DNA of 64,000 nt from Giardia intestinalis (taxonomy: Eukaryota), in the NCBI GenBank assembly GCA_000002435.2, contig CM018789.1. One strand, 5' to 3'. Both the position numbers and the translations under genes were made by a program. Below the pieces are notes generated by a model. The model did no database searches and was not told where the DNA came from. It saw only the letters and a list, made by a program, of their open reading frames with translations. Numbering within the stretch: the first letter of the stretch is position 1; the number at the start of each line of letters is the position of its first letter. Below, piece after piece: positions 1 through 7,975 of the stretch.

Positions 1-225
1 ACTGTGTTACGAACTGACTAACCATTTCTATGGTGAGTTTCTTAGAAAACCTCACTCCGTTGGAGTCGAACTGGTAGCTCCCTTGAGACATTTTTTCTAT
101 TCCACTTCAATTAATTGCTCTGCCAATTTTGGTAATTATCCACGGTCGGACAGAATTGTGAAAAATTCACAGAACTGATGTAAAATTTGTTACAAAAAGG
201 CCCTGGCGGCCCTTCTGACTTCTGG

Positions 226-2610
226 ATGCCACCTCTGGTTCCCAAGCCGCCGTCTCCTAAACTTCTCAAACAAGCCAAAATGCTACCTATAGACCAATTG
301 GAGTATACATTCACGCCTCACGTCCTGGAGGCAGCCCGAACTGCAGCCCCCAACGACCCCGAGACTCAAGCCATTAACGTCGTGTATCGTTTGTACAATT
401 CTCACAAAAGGTACACTGATAAAATGGAGCGTCAGCGCAATGCACTTAAGCAGCAAAGAGAGATGGATGAGGTTGCAGAGTGCTCATTCAATCCACAGAC
501 GAGAGTGTCGCAGGTTAGCGGTGGTAAAATGCGCGTATACTCTAAACCATTCCTGGAGAGGCAGGAGAAGTGGACTGAAAAGGTAAAGCGAAAGCGAAAA
601 CTTATTGAGGAGCTGAACCAGATCCGCGAAGATGCTGAGTTACTGTTTTGTCCAGAGGTCAATGAGCGTTCTCGATACCTTGCAGAGAGAAACCCCCAGC
701 GCCATACTTTTACTGATGCACACACTAGTACAGATGTCCAGGAGTCACGAAAAGCTCCTCTCACCCCATCCAGACATGACGGTATTCCCTATGGGTACAT
801 AGTACGAGAGAAGGGACTTCGGGGATCCTCAGCTTCTATCAGCAAGCCTGCTGCTAACTATATGACTCTTGCCGACCTCGCTGATATAGTTGAGCAAGAT
901 CAGTGCTTTGGATACCCCGAAATAACTACGAAGGCTGCAACATTGGATAGGGTAGGGTACGTATTTGATAGGCTTTACGATATGAGCAAGCGCCAAAGAA
1001 GCACTAGTATTGACGTTGCACCAATTCCTCATGATGGCACACGTAAAGGAACACGATCTTTGAGTGCATCCGCTCAGACTTACCAGCGTCTTTACGAAAA
1101 CCATAAGGACATTGCTGCCAGAAAGCACAAGCGCGAAGAGCAATACTATCAGCGCATTACATCAGGTGGTACCAGTGCCGAACGTTATGGAGAGCAATGG
1201 GTGCGGAAGCGCGATGCTCTTGCACGTCGAGCAATGCAGCGCAAGGGCATCGATATAGGTAGTCCTTCACTTTCCCACAACCGGCCCAGTGAGAGTGTCT
1301 CGGACGACACACTTTCCAGTACATCTACCCCTACTTTTGCCACACCTGCAACAGACCACCTTACCAGGCACTTTGTTGCCATAAGAGACTCGCCAACCGA
1401 AGACTATAGCAAACCTGAAAGTAGAAAACAGTCCACCTCTGTCCTCGATCTAGATCTCTTGGCCAAGGAGGCAGAACGCCTAGCCAGCCCTCGGCTAAGA
1501 TCCAATGAACATACCAGCATGAGTGCAGACCTCACCGATTCGCAGTTTCAGTTGATTGGATATGGAGAGGAGCTTGACATGGAGCTGGAGGCCATGAACG
1601 ACGCCATATCCAAGAGGACCCAGCAGAGAAGTGTGCTGAAGCAGAGCCCGGGACCACAACCTCGTTCACAAAAGCGTTCTCAAGCAAGTGTGCAGCAGAG
1701 TCAGATGTCTGTTTTTGATCGACTTGCTGCACTAAAGGCAATAAAGGATAATGAGGAGGTGCAGAAAGCACAAGACGGGACTGCAAAACACGCTCCGAAA
1801 TGCCCCTCTGCTAGCGACGCGGATACTGTTGCGTTTTTGGCGCGGATGCAGCGCTATACCGACAAAGCAAAGGCTAAGCAGGAGCAACTCCGACAAGAGG
1901 TAGAGTCTAAGCGCAACGAAGAAGTATCATTTAAGCCCGATTTGACGCTGAGCAGGATCGGATCGTCACGATATAAGGATCGGATTGTAGGAGATATGCA
2001 CGCTAGAGAAGAGCAATGGCTTGCAAGGAAGAAAGCAAGACAAGAGAAGGTGAAGATCGACATGCTCGAAGAACGGATCAGAAGGGAAGAGCGCGAAGAG
2101 CAACAGCTGAGAAGCTGTCTAGAGAACTCCAAAACACATAACTTGAAACAGCTGCACAGAACACTCGTAGGAAAAAACGAGGATGTGCTTATACATGGAT
2201 CTGGAAGAGCCTTTCCACGGAACGCCGACGAGCTTACCGCTATGGCCGACCAAGTGGAAAAGGCATGTCTTATTTTAAATACTCCCAGCCCACCTGAACA
2301 GTCGCAGACGGGCCGATCGATTCGACGCGGAAACACCTTCGGTCTTACGGATTTGCTGCCAACATCTGTTGGATCCGCTAAGAGTCGCATGGAGTCCGGG
2401 ACAAGCCCGAACTATGCAGCATCAGGCACAGGAGATCCATCTAATAAAACACTTACCCTCCTATCCAGTATAGGTAACGGATCTGTTGTCAATGCCTGCA
2501 ACACAATCGATAGTATCACTAATCACATAGCCCGAATGAAAAAAGGGGCACAGTTGCGTACAGAACGGACGACGGGATACTTATGCCCTGATGAATGGCT
2601 CCTGAGTTAA
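226..2610 (+). CDS. K/R/E-rich coiled-coil protein with internal repeats (hypothetical)
   Basis: ORF 187..2610 begins at a TTG; first in-frame ATGs are at 226 and 280 (AAAATG context). Charged coiled-coil-like sequence with a recurring 'R-L-Y-x-x-H-K / R-Y-T-D-K' motif (VYRLYNSHKRYTDK, YQRLYENHKDIAARKHK, FDRLYDMSKRQR, MQRYTDKAKAK). No recognised domain. Confidence 0.55.
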   Translation: MPPLVPKPPSPKLLKQAKMLPIDQLEYTFTPHVLEAARTAAPNDPETQAINVVYRLYNSHKRYTDKMERQRNALKQQREMDEVAECSFNPQTRVSQVSGGKMRVYSKPFLERQEKWTEKVKRKRKLIEELNQIREDAELLFCPEVNERSRYLAERNPQRHTFTDAHTSTDVQESRKAPLTPSRHDGIPYGYIVREKGLRGSSASISKPAANYMTLADLADIVEQDQCFGYPEITTKAATLDRVGYVFDRLYDMSKRQRSTSIDVAPIPHDGTRKGTRSLSASAQTYQRLYENHKDIAARKHKREEQYYQRITSGGTSAERYGEQWVRKRDALARRAMQRKGIDIGSPSLSHNRPSESVSDDTLSSTSTPTFATPATDHLTRHFVAIRDSPTEDYSKPESRKQSTSVLDLDLLAKEAERLASPRLRSNEHTSMSADLTDSQFQLIGYGEELDMELEAMNDAISKRTQQRSVLKQSPGPQPRSQKRSQASVQQSQMSVFDRLAALKAIKDNEEVQKAQDGTAKHAPKCPSASDADTVAFLARMQRYTDKAKAKQEQLRQEVESKRNEEVSFKPDLTLSRIGSSRYKDRIVGDMHAREEQWLARKKARQEKVKIDMLEERIRREEREEQQLRSCLENSKTHNLKQLHRTLVGKNEDVLIHGSGRAFPRNADELTAMADQVEKACLILNTPSPPEQSQTGRSIRRGNTFGLTDLLPTSVGSAKSRMESGTSPNYAASGTGDPSNKTLTLLSSIGNGSVVNACNTIDSITNHIARMKKGAQLRTERTTGYLCPDEWLLS

Positions 2611-2662
2611 GTGTTGCTCTTGCTTGCACCCAGGTTTCGTAAATTATAAAACATAATTATGA

Positions 2663-4819
2663 ATGAAACTTAGTAATGATCTATTTCAACAGGAGGGGCA
2701 GCTCAGTGATGATTTTGAAAGGGAGGACGGTGGCATAAACCCAGATCAAGCGAACTCTGGCCCACAGTGTGCAGCAAGTGGTCTGAATTTTGACTTCGCT
2801 GAAGGAGGCAAATTTCACAATTTCCGAGCTCGTGCAGTTACTAAGCTTAACATGCCTGTTTTCCAAACAGATCTAAGCCCTATATATCGTAAATCGGAAT
2901 CAAAGTTGGGACCGAAACATGTCTCTCCCATCATGTCTCTGCAAAGCTTAGATGGCCTTGGATCTGTCCGACGGGTATCGTCCATATCTAAGCCCCCCAG
3001 CTCTGAGACTTATCCATTAACCACCAAGCACAAGATAAATCCAACCAACGCATCTGAAGGAGGCAATCCGATTTACTTTGCGAAGAAGACGACCAGATTA
3101 AAGCCTTCGATGATAAAGAAAAACACATGCAACGTAAGCAATGCCCAGCGAAGATCTTCTGACCTGACCACACAGACACCGCCTCTACCAGGTGTAACCC
3201 TTCTCTCAGATAGCTTAACCTTCAGTGCGAATACCGTACCACATATCGGTGAGAACACGATTGGAAGCTCCAGCCATGTAGGTATTAGCTTGGGGCATAG
3301 CTTGGGGGTAGAGTTTCGAGAACCGTATGAAGTAAAGAAATATGGGTCATCAATCTCAAATCCCCCGGGGAAAGAGGTCGGCATTGCAAAGAAGGCAGAA
3401 TTAGAGACAGAGCTACTCAATCAGAAAATTCAATTCAGTAACCAGCAGCCTGCACACGTTCTCAGAAAAAAGTTCGGTGATCCTGTCAAAGCACCAGCAT
3501 CAGCTGGCAGAGCCTACGGGTCCAGGGCCCCAATGCGAGCCCGGACAATCTCGGACTCGGCATACATTCGTGACTCCATTGCAAAAATGAATTCTGTTGG
3601 AGTAGAATCCAAGAGTGTCAGACCTGTTCCAGCTGGTATAAGTAGTTCCTCAAACCCACCAAGAATGCATCCCAGTCAACGTCGAGACGAAGCGCAAGGG
3701 TCTCTCCTTCGTATATCCATACAGAATACAGATGCGACTGGACCACATCTAGTGGAAATAACACAACCATCACATCAATCGGCGAACCAAAGGCGTCGGC
3801 CGCAATCGGCTGATAGTGCCCTATATGCTAGACGTCGTGTAACAAGCACGTCTGCTCTTATTACTCCCTCCCATGACCTTCATGAGTCCAAAGAGCTCAA
3901 CCAGCGATTGACCAAGAGCTCTTGCATAGATATGAACTCTACGGTTAACCTTGCATTTTCAGTAAGGGGTAGGGACGCGGAAAACGCTGTGTCAGTCCAG
4001 AAACGCCCACAGAGTGCTACAACAGGAAATTCCAAGGAGTATCTTCTGGCTGGGTCATACAAGCTTCCATTCACCAAACAGAACGTAAGAGCAAGGCTTG
4101 GACTGAAAAAGATTGAACCCACTGTGAAGCCAATTGACAGGATACACGAGGTAATCGGCTTCAATCCATCCGGATATATGTATGAAAAGGGTAGAATAGA
4201 GCGCGAAAAGCAGGAGTTTCTGCGTCAATGTAATGGGGCCGTAAGGCAATACCCAGTCTCTGCCACTTTGTACCCGCGTAAGCCACAGAGACTTTCTTGG
4301 CACGGCATCACAAATGTGAAGCAAGGAGGCACATCAGAGAATGCAACTGGGATGGAGGCCCACTCACCAGCCACAGAGTCGCACGGAAGGTGCACCCTTC
4401 AAGATGAAGGAGACCAAATGAATGTGATATCGTTCGATAGTAAGGGAGAGAAACCTGGCAATCAGGTGCTTCAGACGCCCATTAGGAGGCAACAAGGCCC
4501 CGCTAGTGCTAGAACAGCCATCCTAGAGACCCCGGAAAAGAGACCCAGCAACGCAATGGTAGTACAGCAGTATATTGCTTCGTTGTCTGGAGCACAAGGA
4601 TCAAGACCGGCTAGTGCAGCTGCCGGTACCCTTGGTGTTGACAGTCTTCCCACAAAGGTCTTCATAACCAAGGAGCCACTCCCGCTCAGAAGAACACATC
4701 ACAAGCATCAGTTTTCCATGTTCTATGACCCCAACGCCACAACAGAAGTATACGACCGTACTGTTCGCCTTCGGTCACGCCCTAGCAGCGCATCCAAGAC
4801 TTTGTCAACCAAGCATTGA
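2663..4819 (+). CDS. Ser/Thr/Pro-rich hypothetical protein
   Basis: 718-aa ORF with ATG at 2663 directly after AT-rich 'taaattataaaacataattatga'. Low-complexity, no recognised domain. Confidence 0.55.
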   Translation: MKLSNDLFQQEGQLSDDFEREDGGINPDQANSGPQCAASGLNFDFAEGGKFHNFRARAVTKLNMPVFQTDLSPIYRKSESKLGPKHVSPIMSLQSLDGLGSVRRVSSISKPPSSETYPLTTKHKINPTNASEGGNPIYFAKKTTRLKPSMIKKNTCNVSNAQRRSSDLTTQTPPLPGVTLLSDSLTFSANTVPHIGENTIGSSSHVGISLGHSLGVEFREPYEVKKYGSSISNPPGKEVGIAKKAELETELLNQKIQFSNQQPAHVLRKKFGDPVKAPASAGRAYGSRAPMRARTISDSAYIRDSIAKMNSVGVESKSVRPVPAGISSSSNPPRMHPSQRRDEAQGSLLRISIQNTDATGPHLVEITQPSHQSANQRRRPQSADSALYARRRVTSTSALITPSHDLHESKELNQRLTKSSCIDMNSTVNLAFSVRGRDAENAVSVQKRPQSATTGNSKEYLLAGSYKLPFTKQNVRARLGLKKIEPTVKPIDRIHEVIGFNPSGYMYEKGRIEREKQEFLRQCNGAVRQYPVSATLYPRKPQRLSWHGITNVKQGGTSENATGMEAHSPATESHGRCTLQDEGDQMNVISFDSKGEKPGNQVLQTPIRRQQGPASARTAILETPEKRPSNAMVVQQYIASLSGAQGSRPASAAAGTLGVDSLPTKVFITKEPLPLRRTHHKHQFSMFYDPNATTEVYDRTVRLRSRPSSASKTLSTKH

Positions 4820-4858
4820 CACTGGATGCACATATGTTTATGTTCAGAAAAGATAGCC

Positions 4859-5320
4859 CTATAGCACCATTGGAACCCCTACAAATCGATACTGTGGGTT
4901 ATTGGCATCGAGATTTTGTTCATGGTGGGTACTACTTGTTGGTGTTGCTCTTCGATGGGTTCGTGGAGTTCTTCTGTAGTATTTGGTATTTAAAACGAGA
5001 ACAATACTCCACATTACGCTCCACCACCACGGAAGAAATAGCCAAAAGAAAAAGAACTGCAACGCTGCACATATAAGAAGATTTCTACGTTGATATTTAG
5101 CTGCACCACTGAAGGAGACGACAAACGTTCCCAAACCGCTGATAAAGAAGTTGAGAAAGAGACATGTGACAGCAAAACACGGATGAACTATTGGAGTTTC
5201 CATGCTAAGGACATAAGGCCAGAAAGCGCGACTCCTGTCAGGGGGCCTGCGTGCTGGGTTCTCTATAACGTCGGCATAGTTTGGTTCGAACGGATAGGGG
5301 TACGGGTCTGTGTCTGACAT
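4859..5320 (-). CDS. small hypothetical membrane protein (2 predicted TM helices)
   Basis: 153-aa ORF with ATG start verified. Acidic N-terminus then hydrophobic stretches (GLGTFVVSF..., ICAALQFFFFWLFLPWWWSVMW). Start lies 9 bp downstream of the upstream gene's stop on the same strand. No homology recognised. Confidence 0.3.
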   Translation of the reverse strand: MSDTDPYPYPFEPNYADVIENPARRPPDRSRAFWPYVLSMETPIVHPCFAVTCLFLNFFISGLGTFVVSFSGAAKYQRRNLLICAALQFFFFWLFLPWWWSVMWSIVLVLNTKYYRRTPRTHRRATPTSSTHHEQNLDANNPQYRFVGVPMVL

Positions 5321-5329
5321 TGTAGATGT

Positions 5330-5944
5330 CTACCTGTCCTCTACTAGTGATAAATTTATCAAGTTTGCATTTTCCAAAGAGTCGTAAGCTTCGTAGAGCT
5401 TTGGGGTGGCGGTAGTGGTCTGTGTGTGTCTGGGGATATGCAATAAAGGGAGGTGGGTGATGGCCTGCTTGTAGTGCTCTATTCTATTCGCCCTTCCCGA
5501 CGGAGTACCGATGAAAGATGGTGGCACAGATTTAGACGACTTTCTGTTGATTGGCTTAGGGATTGCCGGGACCATGAGGGGGTGGCCTTCGATACGGTTA
5601 ACTATAAGTCGTACATTATCGGCTCTGAAAAGAGTGTAGTTCATGAGTTCGTCCTGTGTTTCCTTTGCCCTAGTGGTTGTCAGTGAATGGCGCTGTTCAT
5701 ATTGGACAATTCTTCTACGTGAGCAAGCAGTTGGATCCACAACAATGTCATCCCTTACTCCATAGCACTTCTGCGGACTGAAAAGCGTTGCCATCGTATA
5801 CTCGTTGGTAGGTGGCTTGCGAGGCATATAGGTCGAAGCGTTGTCTGATAACAAGTAGCGTCCGTGGAGCGCAGGAGGCGACAGGCCACGAAGGATTCTT
5901 CGCTGGGCACTTTGAAGAAGGTCTGGGCCATTAAGGTCCCTCAT
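5330..5944 (-). CDS. hypothetical protein
   Basis: ORF 5330..5983 begins at GTG; first ATG at 5944 (MRDLNGPDLL...). No recognised domain. Confidence 0.45.
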   Translation of the reverse strand: MRDLNGPDLLQSAQRRILRGLSPPALHGRYLLSDNASTYMPRKPPTNEYTMATLFSPQKCYGVRDDIVVDPTACSRRRIVQYEQRHSLTTTRAKETQDELMNYTLFRADNVRLIVNRIEGHPLMVPAIPKPINRKSSKSVPPSFIGTPSGRANRIEHYKQAITHLPLLHIPRHTQTTTATPKLYEAYDSLENANLINLSLVEDR

Positions 5945-6116
5945 GATTAGAATCTGTAGTTTTTGAGTACCGATTTGGATCACCCGCTTTCCGGATCCTG
6001 ATCACCACAAAACAACTTTGCACATGCAAATTAGTGGCCAACACAGTATGTCGTAATTCACGCGATCTTCATCAAAAGTCATGCAATTTACGAAGGAAAA
6101 TTAAAGCTCGATTGTT

Positions 6117-6608
6117 ATGAAGTCTAGAGCATGTAGCCCTGCATCTGACCTCAACGGATGCTTACAAGACGAGAATCAGTCACTTTCAACGCTTGGCCAT
6201 AGAACCCTGTCATCTAGTAAAATCATCAACTGGTGGAGATATGCAACTGTTACAGGTGCGTTTAATAGTGCGTGTGCAACTGTGACAGAAGCACTAAGGC
6301 CACAAGACAAGCCACAAGCACACTACAAAGGAACAATACCTGAGGCTAAACGATCCTCCAGCTCCTTTGGATTTCATAGCCCGACGTGGGGGTCCCCAGC
6401 AGTTAAACATTGCATTGAACAGCGCACACGCAAGCTCCTGGATGTAAAAATACCGCATATGGGACACGCACAGGCCAGTAACTCCGCCGCAGGAGGGCGC
6501 ACTCAGAGTAGTTTTGAAGTGTGGGCCAGCGCCTCAAATGTCTGGGACAGCGTCAGAAGGGTGTTGCGGAGCTCGTCTGTGGCTCCAAAACAGAGGAGCA
6601 GTCACTGA
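6117..6608 (+). CDS. hypothetical basic Ser/Ala-rich protein (uncertain)
   Basis: 163-aa ORF with ATG at 6117 preceded by 'gaaaattaaagctcgattgtt'. Convergent with the LSm-like gene. No homology recognised. Confidence 0.25.
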   Translation: MKSRACSPASDLNGCLQDENQSLSTLGHRTLSSSKIINWWRYATVTGAFNSACATVTEALRPQDKPQAHYKGTIPEAKRSSSSFGFHSPTWGSPAVKHCIEQRTRKLLDVKIPHMGHAQASNSAAGGRTQSSFEVWASASNVWDSVRRVLRSSSVAPKQRSSH

Positions 6609-6610
6609 AA

Positions 6611-6937
6611 TTACTGAATATATGCATCTACAGGGGCGGGGAAAATCTGTCCGGGGTCGTTTTCCTTTTGCAGTGCGGGGTTCACCACAGGGTCCACCAA
6701 TAATGCAAGCATATCGTCCCCACGTACAAGAACCCAGCCCATAGGAACGTCTGCGTACAGTACCCCGTTGGTTATTCTCTGGGCAGTGTCCTTGAGCAGG
6801 ACGTTTCCGAACCCATCATAATGGGTCAAGGTCCCGAAATACTGTGGCCCTGCTGCAGTTACAACAAGCACTGGTCTCCCGACTGCGTGTCTAAAGCCTG
6901 CTGGGCCAGCCTCACAGGATCCACAGGTAGGAGTCAT
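6611..6937 (-). CDS. Sm/LSm-fold protein
   Basis: First ATG at 6937 (the track start is TTG). Sm1/Sm2-like pattern 'RPVLVVTAAGPQYFGTLTHYDGFGNVLLKDTAQR...GWVLVRGDDMLAL'. Sequence-pattern match only. Confidence 0.45.
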   Translation of the reverse strand: MTPTCGSCEAGPAGFRHAVGRPVLVVTAAGPQYFGTLTHYDGFGNVLLKDTAQRITNGVLYADVPMGWVLVRGDDMLALLVDPVVNPALQKENDPGQIFPAPVDAYIQ

Positions 6938-6986
6938 CAAAAAACCGCCTGTAAGACGATTAAATAATTAAAGGTCTGTAAATTCG
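6938..6986. promoter_or_regulatory. 49-bp AT-rich divergent promoter (LSm-like vs hydrolase)
   Basis: 'caaaaaaccgcctgtaagacgattaaataattaaaggtctgtaaattcg'. Confidence 0.35.
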
Positions 6987-7934
6987 ATGGCAGTCGATGT
7001 GGAGGATAACCTCAACCATCATCTGAACAACGAGCACTTCGGAGTCCTCGAAGCCAAACCATTCGGGTCAATTCGCTACTATCACTATAGGGCTAACTCC
7101 ACCTCAGATCGCGAGCTAGCGGTGTTCTTCCATGGATTTAACTTTTACTCTAATCTCTATGCGCCATTCCTTAATAAGCTGTCGGAGCGGTTTGACGTCA
7201 TCACATGCGACCTCCCCGGGCATGGAGAGACATCTCCAATGACCGATATGAAAGACTACACACCAGACAATTTCATTCTATGCCTACAGAAGGTTATAGA
7301 GCACTGTGCAGCTGCTGATAGAAAGCTTCACCTTATAGGGCATTCTATGGGCGGACTACTCGCCGGCCTGGCAGCAACAAGGCCCTTCTTCAAGAACAGA
7401 CTCCTTTCGGTAACCATGTGTTGCCCAGCTGGTATCCATCTCGTCGAGGGTTTGGACACCAAGCTGCTTAAAACATCGCTGGGCCAAAAGATAGTTCACG
7501 CAAACCTGTCCAGGTCTCTCAGGATCCTCAAGAAGTCCATGGAGAAGCGTACGTACAGATATCTTCCAGAACATGTGGCAACACAGCTGCGAGAACTATA
7601 CAACGGGTTTCTTGAAAAGCACTGGGAGAAGGTGCTTCTGCGTACATTCTACATGATTCCCAACTTTCCGTGGAGCAACTGTCATGATGAGTTTAAGAAG
7701 CTTTCCGATCTTTCTGTTCCCGTGACAATCTGGCTGAGTAAGCGTGATTCTTACGTTGGGACAAAGAGAACAGCCAAGTTCTTCAGCCAGGATGTATTCA
7801 GTGGAAAGGTTAAGGTTATCATCGAAGAAAACTCTCTTCATGACCTTCCTGTGCTAATCCCTACCAAGGTGGTTGAGGCCATAAAGAAAAAGGATGCTTG
7901 TGCCGCAGATATTGATATTGTTGAAAGTGTCTGA
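6987..7934 (+). CDS. alpha/beta-hydrolase fold protein
   Basis: 'VFFHGF' oxyanion-region motif and the nucleophile elbow 'LIGHSMGG' (G-x-S-x-G). ATG at 6987. AGTAAAT follows 12 nt after the stop. Confidence 0.65.
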   Translation: MAVDVEDNLNHHLNNEHFGVLEAKPFGSIRYYHYRANSTSDRELAVFFHGFNFYSNLYAPFLNKLSERFDVITCDLPGHGETSPMTDMKDYTPDNFILCLQKVIEHCAAADRKLHLIGHSMGGLLAGLAATRPFFKNRLLSVTMCCPAGIHLVEGLDTKLLKTSLGQKIVHANLSRSLRILKKSMEKRTYRYLPEHVATQLRELYNGFLEKHWEKVLLRTFYMIPNFPWSNCHDEFKKLSDLSVPVTIWLSKRDSYVGTKRTAKFFSQDVFSGKVKVIIEENSLHDLPVLIPTKVVEAIKKKDACAADIDIVESV

Positions 7935-7945
7935 TTCGTCTATGT

Positions 7946-7952
7946 AGTAAAT
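7946..7952 (+). promoter_or_regulatory. putative polyadenylation signal AGTAAAT
   Basis: 12 nt after the hydrolase stop codon. A further AGTAAAT lies at 44044-44050, 52 nt after the ankyrin gene's stop. Confidence 0.35.
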
Positions 7953-7975
7953 TACAACAGGATGATTATAGCGAT

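Noticed and set aside
187-225. Using the track's 5'-most codon as the start for several ORFs (187, 5983, 6940, 10912, 14403, 15372, 18234, 52670, 52630, 57741)
   Set aside because: Those positions are TTG or GTG in the sequence. A eukaryote is expected to initiate at ATG, so starts were moved to the first in-frame ATG. The 5' ends remain provisional.
1854-2390. Antisense ORFs of 100-200 aa inside large genes (for example 1854..2390, 16015..16314, 25552..25923, 45457..46056, 31314..31652)
   Set aside because: Each is embedded in the opposite strand of a much longer ORF with recognisable domains or consistent composition. No independent start context or homology was seen.
5270-5330. Possible tRNA, based on a GGTTCGAAC T-loop-like heptamer
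   Set aside because: Flanking bases cannot form a 5-bp T-stem on either strand, and no acceptor or anticodon arms could be drawn. Most likely chance.
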